DNA of 63,208 bases, filler included, from Sphacelaria rigidula (GCA_964200075.2; 7 parts of 7 records of this genome joined end to end with filler, not necessarily neighbours in it), one strand, 5' to 3'. Shown: positions 36,811 to 51,409, counted from the whole stretch's first letter. Numbers and translations are program-made. Notes: generated by a model not told the origin, from the letters alone.

Positions 36811-38619
36811 GTAAGTCTCGAAGCGAAATGTGTGTATGCGTCGGTGGGTCGGTTGGCTTGTTGATTCAGTGACTGGCACTGGCTTCTAGTCACTGGTCTT
36901 ACCGACCGTGGTGGTAGTATTGTTATCGCCAACTAATCACGAGTCCGCTCTCGCCTTTTGATAGATTGATGATTGCGTCGATCATAGCGGATCCAACGCA
37001 AATCCAGCCATAGTCTAAATATGATGCACGTACGTGCTCGAGGCGAAGGAACCCAAACACTCCGCCGATGGAACCTCGAGTGTGGTACTGCTCGCGCGGT
37101 ATTGTGCAGTGGAATTATACGCTGCACTGCCGTGTGACATACCACAATACCCTGTGCTGTGCAGTACCATGCTAGAATACCTTGCGCTCCCGTACAAAAC
37201 CTTCCTAAAAGCCCATACCATGGGATTCCACGCCCAGCGCGCCTTAGTAATGCGGTACACCGTTCGCTTCACGCTAAACGATGATCAAAATTATCCCATT
37301 CTCGTAGAGGGTTATGCAACGCAGTACTCTTACCCAGGGTCGCTGGCAAGACTACACCAGCAAACAACAAAACAATTCAACATGCAACTGACCGACCACT
37401 TGAACTATACCCACGAAATGCTGTAAGAGTCGAACGCCAACTCTTTGCGTTCGTTTCATATATGCTTCGTCTACCCTGCAGCAGTTTCGACCACCTGCCC
37501 CAGATTGCTGTTGGTAGGTCCATCCCATGGTCCCGAGGTATTCTTGAGGGCTCAACCAACCCATCTCTGCCTGGGTACCTGCTGGAAGCATTGATGTAGA
37601 GCACTCAACCAGCGCCCTCGCAGCCTTTTCCACCCCCCATACTACAAGAGGCGCGGGATGAAAACAATGAGTGCCCTCCAAGTAAGGTCTACGTCCAAAG
37701 AACTAAACCCCAGCCCCTCGTCCGAGTTGGGTACATGCATCGATCCTTGAGATGACGGACGGACACAGAGCACAGCACCGGAGGGAATAACCCTTTCAGT
37801 GCCAACGATGGACGTCTGGATATCACAGTCGCGTTTCAAGTACTAGTGATGCTGATTCAATAGCTGGACACATGTTGCCGATGAAGGGGTCAAGATTGCA
37901 GTATGACGAAGAGAAATTGAGTGAAAATCCAGCAACTGAACACCCCTTCCGACTCCTTCATCCCCCCTCCCGCGCCACCTTACCCTGTCGCTGGTTGGTG
38001 TTCAGCTCGGTTTCGGAGGTCGCCCATGAGATTTCCTGTCTTCCGCGGTGTGCAGTATGATGCTAGCAGCTCTGCTGGCCGTCGGTGTGGACGTCGCATG
38101 TATCGTCTGGGTTGACATGTTGTGATGGCGATGGCGATGGCGATGGTGAGGGTTGGCGGTGGACGTCCTGCAATATGTCAGTTTGTCTGTGATCTGATGG
38201 TAGAAACGGAACATGGAAGCAGGAACTGATGAAAACCACGTTATCATTACATGCAACGGGATGCATTTTGTGTTCGTGAGCTTGTAGCTTCGAATTGGAG
38301 AAAATGTTGGGCCGTTTGATCGTATGATGATTCATGGCGAACGTCGGATGGGTTCGCAATGTAATTGCAGGATATGAACTATCAAGAGCGGTGCTTGATC
38401 CTTGCACATACACCTCGTATGAGCGTGAACACAGTGTATGGGTAAAATACGAGGTGCTATCACGCGAAGGGCATAGCTTCGTGTTGGCCCCTTCCATGGT
38501 CCCCTTGCGACGAAAGCGATATGGTACAATGGTTGAGATTTGGATCTTTCGACACCAAGGCACTTTGCTTGTAGGGGCAATCGAGCTCGGCAGTTACTGT
38601 CGCCATGGGTGATTATGGT

Positions 38620-41600
38620 ACACGTCGTAGCGGGCGGAAGCAGTTGCATAGGGGGAGCGGGGGGAGAGGGCTTACTCGTGAAGAGGCAGTTGAATTTGGA
38701 ACCTAGTTTCGCCCGCCCCTGAGTGATGCACCACGTATATCGTCCATGATACGCCTCATGACAGTCGTATTTGTCGCTTGAGGGTGAGGAGCGCGAGGAT
38801 GGGAGTTTGCTTGTGGAGAAAGTCGACCTCGTCATGTTTCGTCGCTCCGGGTGTGACTCCGCATATGCCTCCTTCTATGCGTCATGGCTGGCGGAATTTT
38901 GCGTATGGTAGAGTCTGGAGGCTCCGGGGGGCAGGGTGACTCATTCAAAGTCGAGTTAGGGGTTTGATGTCGCCCTGGTGGCATACCCGTGGGAGTGGAC
39001 GCTAATGGAGAAGAAGGGCTTGCTTGTTGAGAAAATGCGGTGTGATCGTTGCTGTCGCCCTGGGTGGTGTACACCGTATTTCACATACCGTATGCCTCGT
39101 AGTAGGCGGGATTTGCAGCGGAAGGGGGTCCGAGGACCTGGGAGGGGAAGGGTGGGTTGTTGGGGAAGTCAAACTTGGGATCTGTCGGCCGCCTGGAGGC
39201 ATACACAAGGGAGCGGGGACAGGGAAGGGAGTTTGGTGGTGGAGAGGGAGTCGAGATTGGAGTTTGTTGTCACCTAGGCGGTTCATACAGTGAGTGGCGG
39301 GGGGATGGGCAAGAAGAGAGTATGCCTGTGAAGTAGGCGGAGGTCGGGTTTTTTCGTCGTGCTGCGAGGTATACTCCGTGTCATCACCTATGGTATAGCA
39401 CGCAACAGGCCGAATATACACAGGACGGGGGACAGGGAGGGAGGAGTGAGGGCTTGCTTGCGTAATAATTCGAGGTTAGGACTTGCTGTTGGGCCTGCGT
39501 GGTGCACACGTGAGAGGGCAGGCGAGGAAGGTAGAGGGCTAGCTCTTGGAGGAAATGGGGCTTGTGATTTTCTGGCGCCCTAGGTGAGGTATTCCGTGTG
39601 TCACCTATGATATGCCACGAAGCGAGCGGAATTGGCATGCGGAGCTAGGGAGGGTGAGGGGCAGGGCTCGCGTGTTCCAAAAGTCAAGGTTGGGACTCGT
39701 TGTCGCCTTGGGTGGTGTAGTCACGAGGTGGCAGACACGGATGGGGGAGGACCGCCTCGTGAAGGAAGTCGAGGTTGGGCTTTGTTGGAGCCCTGAGTGG
39801 AGTGCTCCGCATGTGTTGGGTGGTATCCTGCGTGACGGGCGGAGTTGACATCTGGGGGTGGAGGAGGGGGGAGGGGGGCTCTTGGGATCCGTTGTCGCCC
39901 TGCGCGGTGTATACGAGAGAGGCAGGCGGAGGTAGGACAGGGCCGTGTCGTGGAAGTAGTGAAGCGTGGGGTTTGTGTGGCGCCCTGGTGGTGTAGACTT
40001 GAGAGGGCAGGGGGGGGATGGGAGACGGCTGGCTCGTGGAGAAAGTCTAGCTCGAGATTCGTTGGTGCCCTGGGTGAGGTGCTCCATATATCACTCATGG
40101 TACGTCGCGCAGCGGGCAGAATTAGACGTACAAGGGTGGGGGAAGAGAAGGGACAGTGCTTGTTTGTTGTGCAAGTAGAGTTTGGGGTTCGTTTTCACCC
40201 CAGTGTTGTACGCGTGAGAGGGCAGGCGGGGATGGCGAAGGGTTGGCTCGTGGCGAAATGAGGTTGCGATTGTTTGGCGCACTGAGCTAGATACTCCGTA
40301 TATAACGTATGATGTGCCGCGTGGCGGACGGAATTGATGTGTGTATGGGATGGGAAGGATGGGGGCAGGGCTTGGTTGCTGAGGAGGTAGAGGTTGGGCT
40401 CCGTTGTCGCCCGGGTGGTGCACGCGTGAGAGGGTAGGATGGAGACGGAGAGGTTTGGGTCGTGGAGAAGTACACCTTGGAGATTTAGTGGTGCCTCGAG
40501 TGAGATACTCTGTATATGGGGTATGGTATGCCGCGTGGCGGGCGGCGTTGATGTGTGTCGGATGGGAGGGGAGGGACAGGGCTTGCTTGTTTGAGAAGTC
40601 GAGGTTGGGATCCGTTGTCGCCCCGATGGTGTGCGCGTGAGAGGGCAGGATGGGCTGGAAGAGGGCTGGGTCGTGGAGAATTACAGCTGGAGATGTATTT
40701 GCGCCTTGATTGAGACACTCCGTATCTGGGGTATGATATGCTGCGTGGCGGGTGGCGTTGACGTGTGTGGGGTGGGAAGGGGGGGGGGGGGGGGCAGGGC
40801 TTCCTTCATGAGGAAGTAGAGTCTGGGTGGGAAAGAAGAGGCCTGGTTCGTGGAGAAGTACAGCTGGGGATATATCGGCGCCTTGATTGACATACTCCGT
40901 ATATGGGGTATAGCATACCGCGTGGCGGGCGGCGTTGACGTGTGTGAGATGGGAAGGGGGGGTGGGGGGGGCAGGGCTTCCTTCCTGAGGAGGTAGAGTC
41001 TGGATGGGAAGGAAGAGGTCTGGTTCGTGGAGAAAGTCGAGGTTTTGATTTACGTGGCGCCTTGAATGAGGAAATCAGGATGGGGCGTATGGTGTGGTGT
41101 CAAGGGCGGCGTTGACGAATCGGGGTGGGAAGAGGGGGGTACAGGTATCACAGGTACAGGTCTAGCTTGTTGGGGGAGTCAAAGTTGGGATCCACTGTCG
41201 CCCTAGCGATCGTTCGGAAGGGCAGGCGGGGATAAAAGAGGGCTGACTTGTGGATATGTAGAGCTTCGGATCGATCGGCGCCGCGAGTGAAGTACTGCGT
41301 GTAGGACCTAGGGTATGCCGCGTGGGGGGCGAAATTGACGTGGGTGGGATGGGAAGGGGGGCACAGGGTTGCTTGCTGAGGAGGTAGAGGTTGGGATTCG
41401 TTGGTGCCCCGGTGGTGTACGCGTGAGGGGGCCGGATGGGATGAGGGCTACGTCGTGGAGAAAGTGTAGGTCCTGATGTGTGTGGCGTCCTCAGTGAGGA
41501 GCTCCGTATGTGGCCTATGGTATGCTGCGTGGCGGGTGGCGTTGACGTATGAGGGTGGGGCAGGGGGGTGCAGGGCTTGCTTGTTGGGGAAGTCGAAGTT

Positions 41601-43460
41601 GGGAGCTGTTGTCGCGTTGGTGGTGCACGCGTGAGTGGACCGGCAGGGATAGGGGAGGGCTGGTTCGTGGAGAAAGCCGATGTTAGAATTTGATGTGGTG
41701 CGAAGGGAACTCCGTATGTATGACGAATGGTGTGCTGTGTGGCGGGCGGAAGTGACGCATGGAGGTGGACACAGGGCTTGATCGTGGGGGAAGTAGAGGT
41801 TGGGACTTATCGCCGCCCTAAATGAGGTACCTCGTCCGTGGCCTATGGTATGCGGCGTGGCTGCCGGGGTCGACGTATCGAGATGGAGAGGGAAGGTACA
41901 GGGCTTGCTTGTCGGGGGAGTCGGGGTTGGTACCCGTTGTCGCCCTGGTGGTGCACGCGTGAGAGGGTAGACGGCGATGGGAGAGGGCTGGCTGGTGGAG
42001 ATAATTGAGGTGAGGATTTCATGGTGACGTAAGAAAGGTACTCCGTATGCGACCCACAATGGTATACGACGCAGTGCGGGCGGAATTGACGTATGGGGAT
42101 GGGGAAGGGGAGGATTTATTGGGCTTGATTGCGGAGGCGGTGGAGGCTGCGGTCATGGTGATGTAAGAAAGGTATCCGTATGCGACCCACAATGGTGTAT
42201 GACGCAGTGCGGGCGGAATTGACGTATGAGGATGGAGAAGGGGAGGGTATAAAGGACTTGTTTGCCGAGGAGGTGGAGGTTGGCGTCCGTTGTTGCCCTG
42301 GTGGTGTGCACATGAGATGGCAAGCGGAGATGGCAGAGCGTTGGCTCGTGGAGGAAGTCGAGGTTCTGTTTGTGTGGCGGCGTCAGTGAGGAACTCTATA
42401 CGTGGCCTACGGTATGCCGCGTGGCGGGCGGAATTGACTGACGAGGGTGGGGAAGGGGAGGATACAGGGCTTGCTCGTGGGGGACGTCGAGGTTGGGATG
42501 CGTTGTCACCGTGGTAGTGTACGCGTGGGAGGGCAGGTGGGAGAGGAAGAGGACTGGCTTGTGGAGGAGGACAGGTTGAGATTCACTGGCGCCGCGAGTG
42601 AGGTACTGCGAGTGTGACCTAGGATCTGCCGCGTGGCGGGCGGCATTGACGTATGGAGATGGAGAAGGGGGGGATAGAGCTTGCTTGATGGGAGAGTCGA
42701 GGTTGGGATCCGTTGTGCCCCTTGTGCTGCACGCGCGAGAGGGAAAGCGAGAAAAGAGGGATAGTTCGTGGAGAAAATCAAGCTTGGGATTTGATGACGC
42801 CGTGAGTGAGATACTCCGTATGTGACACACCATGGTATGCCGCGTGGCGGGGAGGATTGACGTGTGGAGGCGGGGAAGGGGAGAAAGCGCTGCTTGCTGG
42901 TTGGGGGAGTCGAAATTGGGATCCGTTGTCACCCTGTGTGGTATGCGCCGTACATAGCCTTTGCTATTCCTCTTGGCAGGCGGAATTACAGCAGAGGAGG
43001 TTGGAGGGCCTGGCGGACATGGGTGGTTCGTTAGAGCGGTAGGGGTTGGGAGGTTTTGGCGCCCTTGTGGGATACGGGTTGGAATCGGGCGTATGGGACT
43101 GAGGGGGAATGTGGAGGCAGACTTGCCCGTGAAGGAAGTAGAGGTTGGGATTTCTCGTCGTAACGGTGGTATACACGTGGGAGTGAGGACTATGAAGGGG
43201 GTGACTCGCACGTCGAATAAATCGATTTTGGGGGTTGCTACCGTCCCAGTGAGGCACGGGGAAAGAAGGGAACTTCCTGAAGGAACCCGAGATCAGGGGA
43301 TGTCCTGACCCTTGATGGTATACTCCCTATGCCACCCATACAATGCCTGGTGGCAAGCGAAGTTTCAGTCGGACGGGGGACGGGGGACCGGGGGGGGGGC
43401 GTAAAGCTTGGCTTTCCGAGGAACATGGGGTTGCGATTTGTTGGCGGCCTGGGTTGTATA
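38620..43460. repeat. ~4.8-kb G-rich degenerate satellite with a ~210-bp monomer and internal subrepeats
   Basis: The landmark (t/g)actccgtat recurs at about 39372, 39591, 39805, 40081, 40292, 40506, 40716, 40893, 41292, 41501, 41709, 42040, 42392, 42604 and 42812. Conserved blocks include gccgcgtggcgggcggaattgacgt and gtcgaggttgggatccgttgtcgccc. Confidence 0.9.
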
Positions 43461-43599
43461 CTCTGTATTTCACCCGTGGCATATCCCATTCGTTCATCCA
43501 ACCTTCGCGCCGCTTGAGGTTGTTCGTGTGTCAACCCTCTTTTCGCTTTTGTCCGATCCCCTTCATGGGCCCTGTCTCATTGAGCCAAGAAAGGAAGTG

Positions 43600-44010
43600 A
43601 GCAGAACGGATCGAGCAGAAGAAGCATTTTTGTTGGTCATATCAGAACGTGAACCAGCTGTCGTCTGAGCATCGAGCGATGTCCTGCTAGAGTACCAAGA
43701 CCGATTTTCCCAATCCAAGGCGGATGTTGGGCACTGCAAAACTCTGCCCTTTGGAATTCCTCTCTACCTGGCGTTTTGTCAGTTTCTCCTCGACCTCAAC
43801 GGACAAACTTAGTCCTCAACATGAAAGTAAATGACATCTTAGATGTATATCTGGGAGAAAGAGTAATACAACATTCCTGCTTGCCTTGGGCTTCGCCACT
43901 CATGCGGCCGTTCCCACAAAGGATGGAAACATACGCATCGCCGTGAGTTATCCACGCTTAGACCGCGCCAATGTGGTTGGAAACTCCCGAAGAATCACAG
44001 TGGATAGATC
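43600..44010 (+). pseudogene. Ty3/Gypsy pol relic (N-terminal part of reverse transcriptase)
   Basis: Frameshifted LLEYQDRFSQSKADVGHCKTLPF..KVNDILDVYL..VIQHSCLPWASPL../AVPTKDGNIRIAVSYPRL matches the Gypsy RT PWASP..VxKKDG..R..VxY..L pattern. Confidence 0.7.
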
Positions 44011-44079
44011 GGGCTGATGTGCGTAAAGAAAAAAAATGATGATACCAAAAATGAAATACAGAATATGGTCGATAAAATA

Positions 44080-44740
44080 CAGGCTGGGCCACCCGAGACG
44101 CGGACGGGGATGTGAACACGGGATTATGCAGCTCAATTTTGGATCCTTTTCTATGAAATTCTGACACGATGTACGGGACGTATGTACGAAGACTCCATCT
44201 TCTGCCCCCCACATTTTGTTGTTTTTTTTCTCGAGTTTTTCAAGGGTTTGTTCCGAAAAAAGCTCTCCTGGGCAGAAGATGGAGTCTTTGCACATACGTC
44301 TTGTACATCGTATCAAACCTTCGTAGAAAACGACCAAAAATTGAGCTGCATCCTCGCGTGTTCGTGTTGAAGACCAGTTCCTATGTGGAGATGGACCAGC
44401 CACGACAAAATTAACGCGATTATGCTGTTCACTTCCAAGTATTTTTCCACGAAATTTTGACGCAATATGCGTGAGGTATGTTCTCAAGTCCCTACTGTCT
44501 CCCCTCGAATTTGTTATGTTTTTTCAATGAGTTGCCGACGCTTTTGTATCAGGAAAAAATATTCCGAAATTTGGATCACCAATAACTCACGAGGAAAAAA
44601 GCTATGAGGGGGGAACGGTAGGGGCTTCACACATACCTCATGTACATCGTGTCACAATTTCATGTAAAACGACTTGAAATTGAGGAGTGAAATCGCGTTT
44701 TTCTGTCGAGAACCGGTTCAGCCGGATCTTCGACGTTTCC
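44080..44740. mobile_element. Partial copy of the Tc1/mariner-type family of 21687-22651
   Basis: Starts TA|caggctgggcc and carries the same palindromic modules (gctcaattttggatc...gacacgatgtac / gtacatcgt...aattgagc). The right TIR was not found. Confidence 0.65.
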
Positions 44741-44855
44741 TACAAGCCCGACGCCTTGGCGCGCTGGAGGTCTCGTCTGCGTGCCATCTCAGACACTGCG
44801 CGCCTGCAGTACGACATGAATTGCTGAACAACCACAACTAGTGCAGCATCATCAC

Positions 44856-45044
44856 CAGTGTTATGAACCGAAGCTGAAAATGGCTCGGTCGTTTTTTCGT
44901 TTTTTTTTTTTAAAGTCGGTCGGTTTCGGTCAGTTTTTTGAAAAAGACCGAAACCGAAACCGAGCACTTCTCGGTCGGTTTTTCGACGAAACTAAAAAAC
45001 AAAATTATTTTTTCGAATTTTCCAAGAGCTCGTTGCGCAATACG
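44856..45044. mobile_element. Short hAT-like MITE remnant with aaccg/cggtt subterminal motifs
   Basis: Starts cagtgtt and contains clustered accga/tcggt motifs in both orientations. Confidence 0.4.
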
Positions 45045-47269
45045 GGCGGTTGGCATTATTATGTGACGAGTGACGAGATGGATCGTATGATAGCGGTGTC
45101 CAGTGGCCTTCCTGCCTATACCTNNNNNNNNNNNNNNNNNNNNNNNNNNNNNNNNNNNNNNNNNNNNTTAATTAATTAANNNNNNNNNNNNNNNNNNNNN
45201 NNNNNNNNNNNNNNNNNNNNNNNACTGATTATCTTGCATTCGGATGACAGCCAACAATGAGTTGCTTTATTTTCCGGTATCGCCACTTCCAGAGACGGGG
45301 GGGGGAGGGGGGGGAGGGGGGATAAGAGAAAGAACAAACGTGGAACGTGAAACTATGCAAACAAAAAATGAAAGGACAAGAGGGGCCGGGGAGGAAACCA
45401 AAGGTAACGCAAAACGCGAGAGAAACGCCAGGCTAAGATCTAGTACCACGGTCCCCGAGAAATGGCAGAAACGACGGCAGGTCCCCGCCGCATGGCTTTC
45501 GGTGAGGGGGGGCGTATGAAACTAACCCAAAACAAAACAGAATAGCAAGACCGTTGAAGCGCACAACTCCTTTATCCTGCGCGCTGCAGTGATAAGCGAG
45601 TGTTCCGAGCTATTACTGGGCCCGGAGGGAGTGGGAGTGTACACCGCCTGTACTGTGGGCAAGGAACAATCACTGGGCGACCTGTATCCTACCAAACCTG
45701 ATCTATACACAACGAGAGAATTTGCGACGGGACGCTGCTTGCTTCGGTCGTTGTTCTACTTTTGTTTTGGTGGTTCGGGGCCAATGTGTTATGCGTGAGG
45801 CCACAACGAGGCGTGGGGAGTACACGGTAGCGGAATCGAGGGACTTTCGACCTACTGGGTGGAAGTACGTATGTTTTTACTCGAGTATGTTCTGGCAGCA
45901 TTCGAGGGAGGGGACCTCATGTATACGCATACAGTATAACGACTGTGCATGTGATACTAATGACCAGGAAAATCGGTTGTACTTGGGATAGTTTTATAAT
46001 AGTGCCGTTGACATCGAGTGATATCGGCACAGAGAGCGACTGTGAAATATGGCCTCGCTTTCTCGCGACAGATGACGGGTTTGTGCATGGCGGGGTTGAC
46101 ACGGACTTTAGGGTTACATTGTGTCGCCACCTGACGGTACTTGCATGTTTCGATTGATTGATTGTCGAACTTTCACTGCTCCCCTTGGGATCCAGCCGTG
46201 GTCATTATCCACATGATAGACGTGTGCCCGAGACAAAACAAAACAGAAACTATCGCCGAAGAAAAGAGACGGACGCAGAGATGGTAGAACAGACAGAGTA
46301 TAGTCCGAGAAACGAAAATGAGCAGAAAAAAGAAAAAAAGGGAGAAGAAAAAAAGAACTTGTAAAGCACGATAATTAAGATAAATCTAATCGAACTCACT
46401 ATTACATGGGATGTACAACGCAGGCGCCACATGACCTCCATCTGTGCACGATTCTCCCGCGGTTTCGGGCGATCCCGTTGCCGTTGTCGCCTTATGGGGG
46501 GTTTGCCTCCGGCGGTCACACGTATGCGCCATGGTCGTGCAACATTCCAAACGTCAACCGTTTTAAACGGCCATCATCAACGACTGGGGGACATCACCAA
46601 TACTAAACCAGCGGTAGTTAGATGGGACCTTGCACAGCGCTGAATATCTTCGCGCTTCCTGCGCCGCGAAAAGTTCGTTTGATTCGGGTCGTGTGTCGAG
46701 AGGCGGGTAATGCGTTTGCTCGATTCGTGCCACACGTATCACGCTGGAAAAAAATCTGTACATTTGATTCGTGTTGTCCGAATAAAATATTTAAGAAATA
46801 ATTTTTTTATCGATGTCTTATGAATCATCGGCAATGAACGGTATAAATCATTAATGGTTTGTACCCAAAGGTGGGAAACCTTTACAAATGGCTCATGAAT
46901 AATTCGTGAAAGAGTAGCAGTACGGCACGACAGTACGGGTGGGCAACGTTCATTCGTACCGTACGAAATACAGAACGGGAAACCGTGCATTTGATTCGTT
47001 GCGTACGAACCACACGTAAGAAACGTTGCATCCAATTTGCGCTATTGCAAATGACGAATGAGAAAGCTCGCACGCTTGGTTGGTTGAAAATAACGCACAC
47101 GCAAGAAACAAAGTTGACTCGTCCAATTTATACAACCTTGGCACGCAAGGAATAATATCGATATTGCACTGAATGGGTGGCCTGATTGTACGCCGCCGGC
47201 AGCTAGAATGAGTTCAAAATTGCACTATCGAACCTGTCTAGGATGAGCCCGAGGTCCTGCATTATTGCA

Positions 47270-47545
47270 CAACCTTCGCTCTGGACGTCGATATCCAAGA
47301 GGGACGTCCATCGGAGATATCGCATCCCGGATGGATACGCCGTATTTATCTGGTGTATGGTCATCCATCTGGGATGCCCATCTGAAATATGAAAGTTCAT
47401 CTGAGATTCGGGTATCCATCCGGGATACCCCAGATGAACCTCCCAGATGAATATCTAGACTAAATCCCAGATGAATATTTTTGAGGAGTCTGATATCCAA
47501 GATGGATATCCGAGATGGACGTCCATATTCTAGACGGAGGTTACA
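47270..47545. repeat. Palindromic element rich in catc(c/t)gggat / atcccagatg motifs
   Basis: Multiple inverted copies of ccatctgggat/cccagatga and ggacgtcc. Confidence 0.5.
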
Positions 47546-47629
47546 CGATAATGCCAGGCTCCCGATAACCCTTCCGTGGACTCTCCTGAGACGTTTGTTG
47601 TTGGCGGTTTCCATACTGAACTCTCTCAG

Positions 47630-50600
47630 GTCCGGTACGACTCCAACAGTCAGTTCGGCGAGCATGGTCATCCAGATGGGGAAGAAATCCTGGTACTGGA
47701 GGGATCTTGGCAGGGTAAGTAAACTAGCCCACCCTCTTTTTTTGTAGTTTGGATACCCTTCCTAACGGGGGGAGTGTCGCATTGCGCGTTGCAGGGGAAA
47801 TGATTTCTCGGCAGTCGACGGTAGCTCCGATTGCATCAAGCGTACGTCTATTTGCGTATACTTTTTGCTTTTGAACACGTCGCTCTTGTCGGGGCCTAAA
47901 TGTAAGTTTCCCATACTTCCGGCCTTGCGCCACATGCTTACATGTGTTGGAAATGCTCAGTCTACAATAGTTTGACGGTGTTTGCTGTCGGCTCCACAAG
48001 GAGTCAAATGCACACTATTGTTGAGAAGTTCGCCTTGAGTAACGTACATCTCGCGTGATACCACCATGCAAACACGTACCACTACTAATTAAATGTGCGA
48101 TTGTTGGGATGCGCGGTTGACCATGATGAACCACGTGTTGCAGTAGAGTACTTGCTTCCGTATGTCCACGGCCGGATACCGCAGCTAAATATTTCGTGCG
48201 CTAAACCGACACATATCGTGAGGAACACCATATCAATAGAAGCCGGGTGCACTCGAGCATGTCCTGTCATAAGGTATCCGGCCTCGGGGCAAGAACGTTG
48301 GGGTCATCGACATCATGTGCCAGTGTTTTCACTTCGACCCTTCCTGTCTGTGCTATCGTTCATGTTTGAAGCTCGATCAACTAACGCCGATATGCTGCGC
48401 ACCTCTCGCTGCTCTCTGACCTCCACCGCCACACGCACTACAACTTGTGCATATCGATCTTTACGCCCCATCCCCACCGGGATTTCGGCTGCAAATCCAG
48501 ATGCGAACGGAGATCATCCCACCGGAACGTACATGCTTAACCCGGAGGTGGGTAGTTCTTGGTACACTAAGTCGTACACCAATAAGCGTACCGGGTGGAA
48601 GCAGGACAACCCCCCCCCCCCCGGTAAATTGTGATTTTTATTTCGGGGCCGCCTTGCGTTGGCACAGAAACGAGTGTTTGACTACTACCGACGTAGCCGG
48701 GAACACGTCTCGGCCGACGGGCAATGGCATTCCACTCTCATGTCCCTTGTCAACGTACCGTGCACAACTCGAGACGTACCAGTAGTCGCCGGCGAAGACC
48801 TATGTATCTCTCTTTGCTCTTCTTTCTCTGTGCCTTACTTTGTTTTTACGGTTGTTTGACCGTGATGTCCTCGTGTTCATGAAATCTTCCTCGGAAGGGT
48901 TTCCGTCACGCACCCGGCGCAAAGGATGGCTGCATTCTATGGGTGAAGCTTCGGCAGCACGGTGGGCCTTCCCGCCGGCACATTCGTCTCGACACGGAGA
49001 GCATGCCTTGGACAGACACTGCGGCTAAGGGAGTGAAGGCGAAGTCTCTCTACTCGTGAGTGCAAACACCCCAGCAGTGTGAACGGGTTTGCTGCAGGAA
49101 ATCCCTCTGCTGCCGCCGTTTGAGATTTATTAATTTTTTGCGTGATATGCGATCGATCCGAGGATACTTTCCGGCGCACGCTCGTGAAAGTTACAGCGCT
49201 GAACTGACGCCACCATACTTCTGTCCTGCAGGCGGACATAATGAAAGAGCAATGCCACGGTAGGGGTGCACTTTTTGCGCGACATCTCGTCTGGTTCAGG
49301 GGCTCCTCACGATTCTAGATACACAAGAATATGTGTCAGGACATCCACGTTTGCAAATTCAGTCGGGATATCCCCAGCACATTGGAACAGTAATCCGGGC
49401 CTACTCTCACATATTTTCATAAGTCGTGTTTGGGATGAGAGAAAGGACTCCTAACAATTCTAACCTCAGAGAATATTTGTCCACCCCTACCGTAGCACCA
49501 CTCGAAAATGTGATTCACGTGATCCGCTGCGATTTCCATGAAACATGATGCTGTAGGGATTTTGCCGTCGCAAGAGGTTTCCACTGAGGCGTTTCGAGTT
49601 TTGTAGTCGTGTGTTGGGGAGTGGTGTGGCGTACAGCCTCTCACGTGGGCCCTCATCACATGGCCGGTACACGGTACACGTGTTCGTCCATATCAGGCCA
49701 CTGTTCCGCCTCCGCTATACGTGTCAAGTATAGTATGCGAACTCTGCAGTAGTAGGAATCGCGTTTTTACGGGAGGCAGGGACAGTATGGAAATGACCAG
49801 TTAAGAGACGCAACGTATCATGTCTCGTTGTTTTTAGATCTTGTCGGGTCACGACTTACGACACGAATCCATGTGTTCCGAAAGCTACATATTCCAGACA
49901 GGCTTGTTACCCATGCCCGGCTATTCTGCTGTTTTCAGTGTCGCTGTTGTTGAAAAATGTGTAAAAAGTTCTCATACCTCGTGTTCCCGAGATACAAGTT
50001 CAGGCGTTTCAGAGGCGCAATGCGAGAAAAAAGATAGCACAACTTGCAGTAAATATCTGCGTTGAGAAGGGTTTGCCGCGAGCATTCGTTCGATATTGCA
50101 GGCGCCGACCCGCAAAGGGCGTGGCCCCACCGAACTTAAAATACTGGAACGTGTCTCAGACGTCGTTCTAGCTTCCACCGCTGTTTATCGACAGCGATCA
50201 CGTTTTGTCCCTCCGCGTGCTCGATATTGCACTTCGATTCAAGTCCTCAGAACATTTTTGTCGCAAAGACTTGAGTCATGAGAGTAGGGAGCAGTGTATT
50301 CGAGTGCGTAACGCCATGAACGGCAACCCGAACAGGCAGTAGTATAAAGGTAGTTTTTTTGTCGTCTCGCAACTTTGCCCCACTACTCAAGACACCCAGT
50401 GAATGTCAGTCAATTCGTCAATCAATTAATGAACCCGTGATGCAGGAGGCGTCTGGACCAGCTGCCGTAGCATTTTGGATACTTCGCCGACGCTGTGCCG
50501 ACCACTTGTATCCTCTCGACATAAACTTTATGTCACTTGAAGGATGTGAGGGCACCATGCATCCGCTGCAAAAGCAGCACTGGCGATGTGAGTTATTTTC

Positions 50601-51365
50601 CGACGTCTCCGACCCCACACAGGCATCCAGAACACACAGAGAAAATGCGCATCGAGGAGTGGGCTGCGGGCACTACAGTGGAGCATAACTGTACGGTCAT
50701 GACGGAATATCTCTTCGTGGAAGGCAGCGCCCAAGAAGGTGAAGAAGGTTCTCCAAGAACCAGGCGGTACATGGATGCGCCTTTTCAGGGGTTGAACATC
50801 ATTTTAAAGTGACCCCTTCAGAGGAGCACAGCCTGGTTCCCCCCTCCCCTCCCCCCCTTCCACCTGCGAAACGGCTCAAGTGGCGTTGTGTGGACTGTAT
50901 TCATCTCCCCTGTCAGTCGTTCCTTGTCTTGAATGCTTGGTTAATTGATTGGTTGACCGGTTGATTGTCGCACGTTCGTACATTAACTGATGTCCGGGGT
51001 ATCCTGTTGAGATCTGGAGGTAGACTTACACCACGGTAAACAAAACCGTGGCACTCGCTTTAAGGAAGGCTTCGTAGGATACTGATATTCATAACTCTTG
51101 TACTTACTTGAATGTAGTTTTTTGTATCCATGGCGCATACGTCTTGGCGCGGTTTTCATAGGCTTCCAAACAGAACAAAAATTATGGCAACAAAAAGGAG
51201 AAGAAAAGAAGACGCATGCTGCGTTTTCCCGGTTGTTTTTTACAGTTTTTACGGGAGTCATCGTTCACCACCCGACACACAAGCTGTGCTTAGCCGCTTA
51301 TCTTGCTTATTTGCTTGTACTATGATGTGCCACCGGAACTGCGTCAATCTAGCAGTTTGTTATGA

Positions 51366-51409
<44 letters not shown>

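Noticed and set aside
38978..43308. Many Pro-rich or Gly/Trp-rich ORFs (up to 271 aa) with recurring YAAWRA-like peptides
   Set aside because: They are by-products of the G-rich satellite. Frames shift between monomers and there is no splice or domain support.
46075..46137. Candidate upstream exon of the cupin gene (DGFVHGGVDTDFRVTLCRHLT)
   Set aside because: The resemblance to the family N-terminus is weak and the expected intervening segment was not found.
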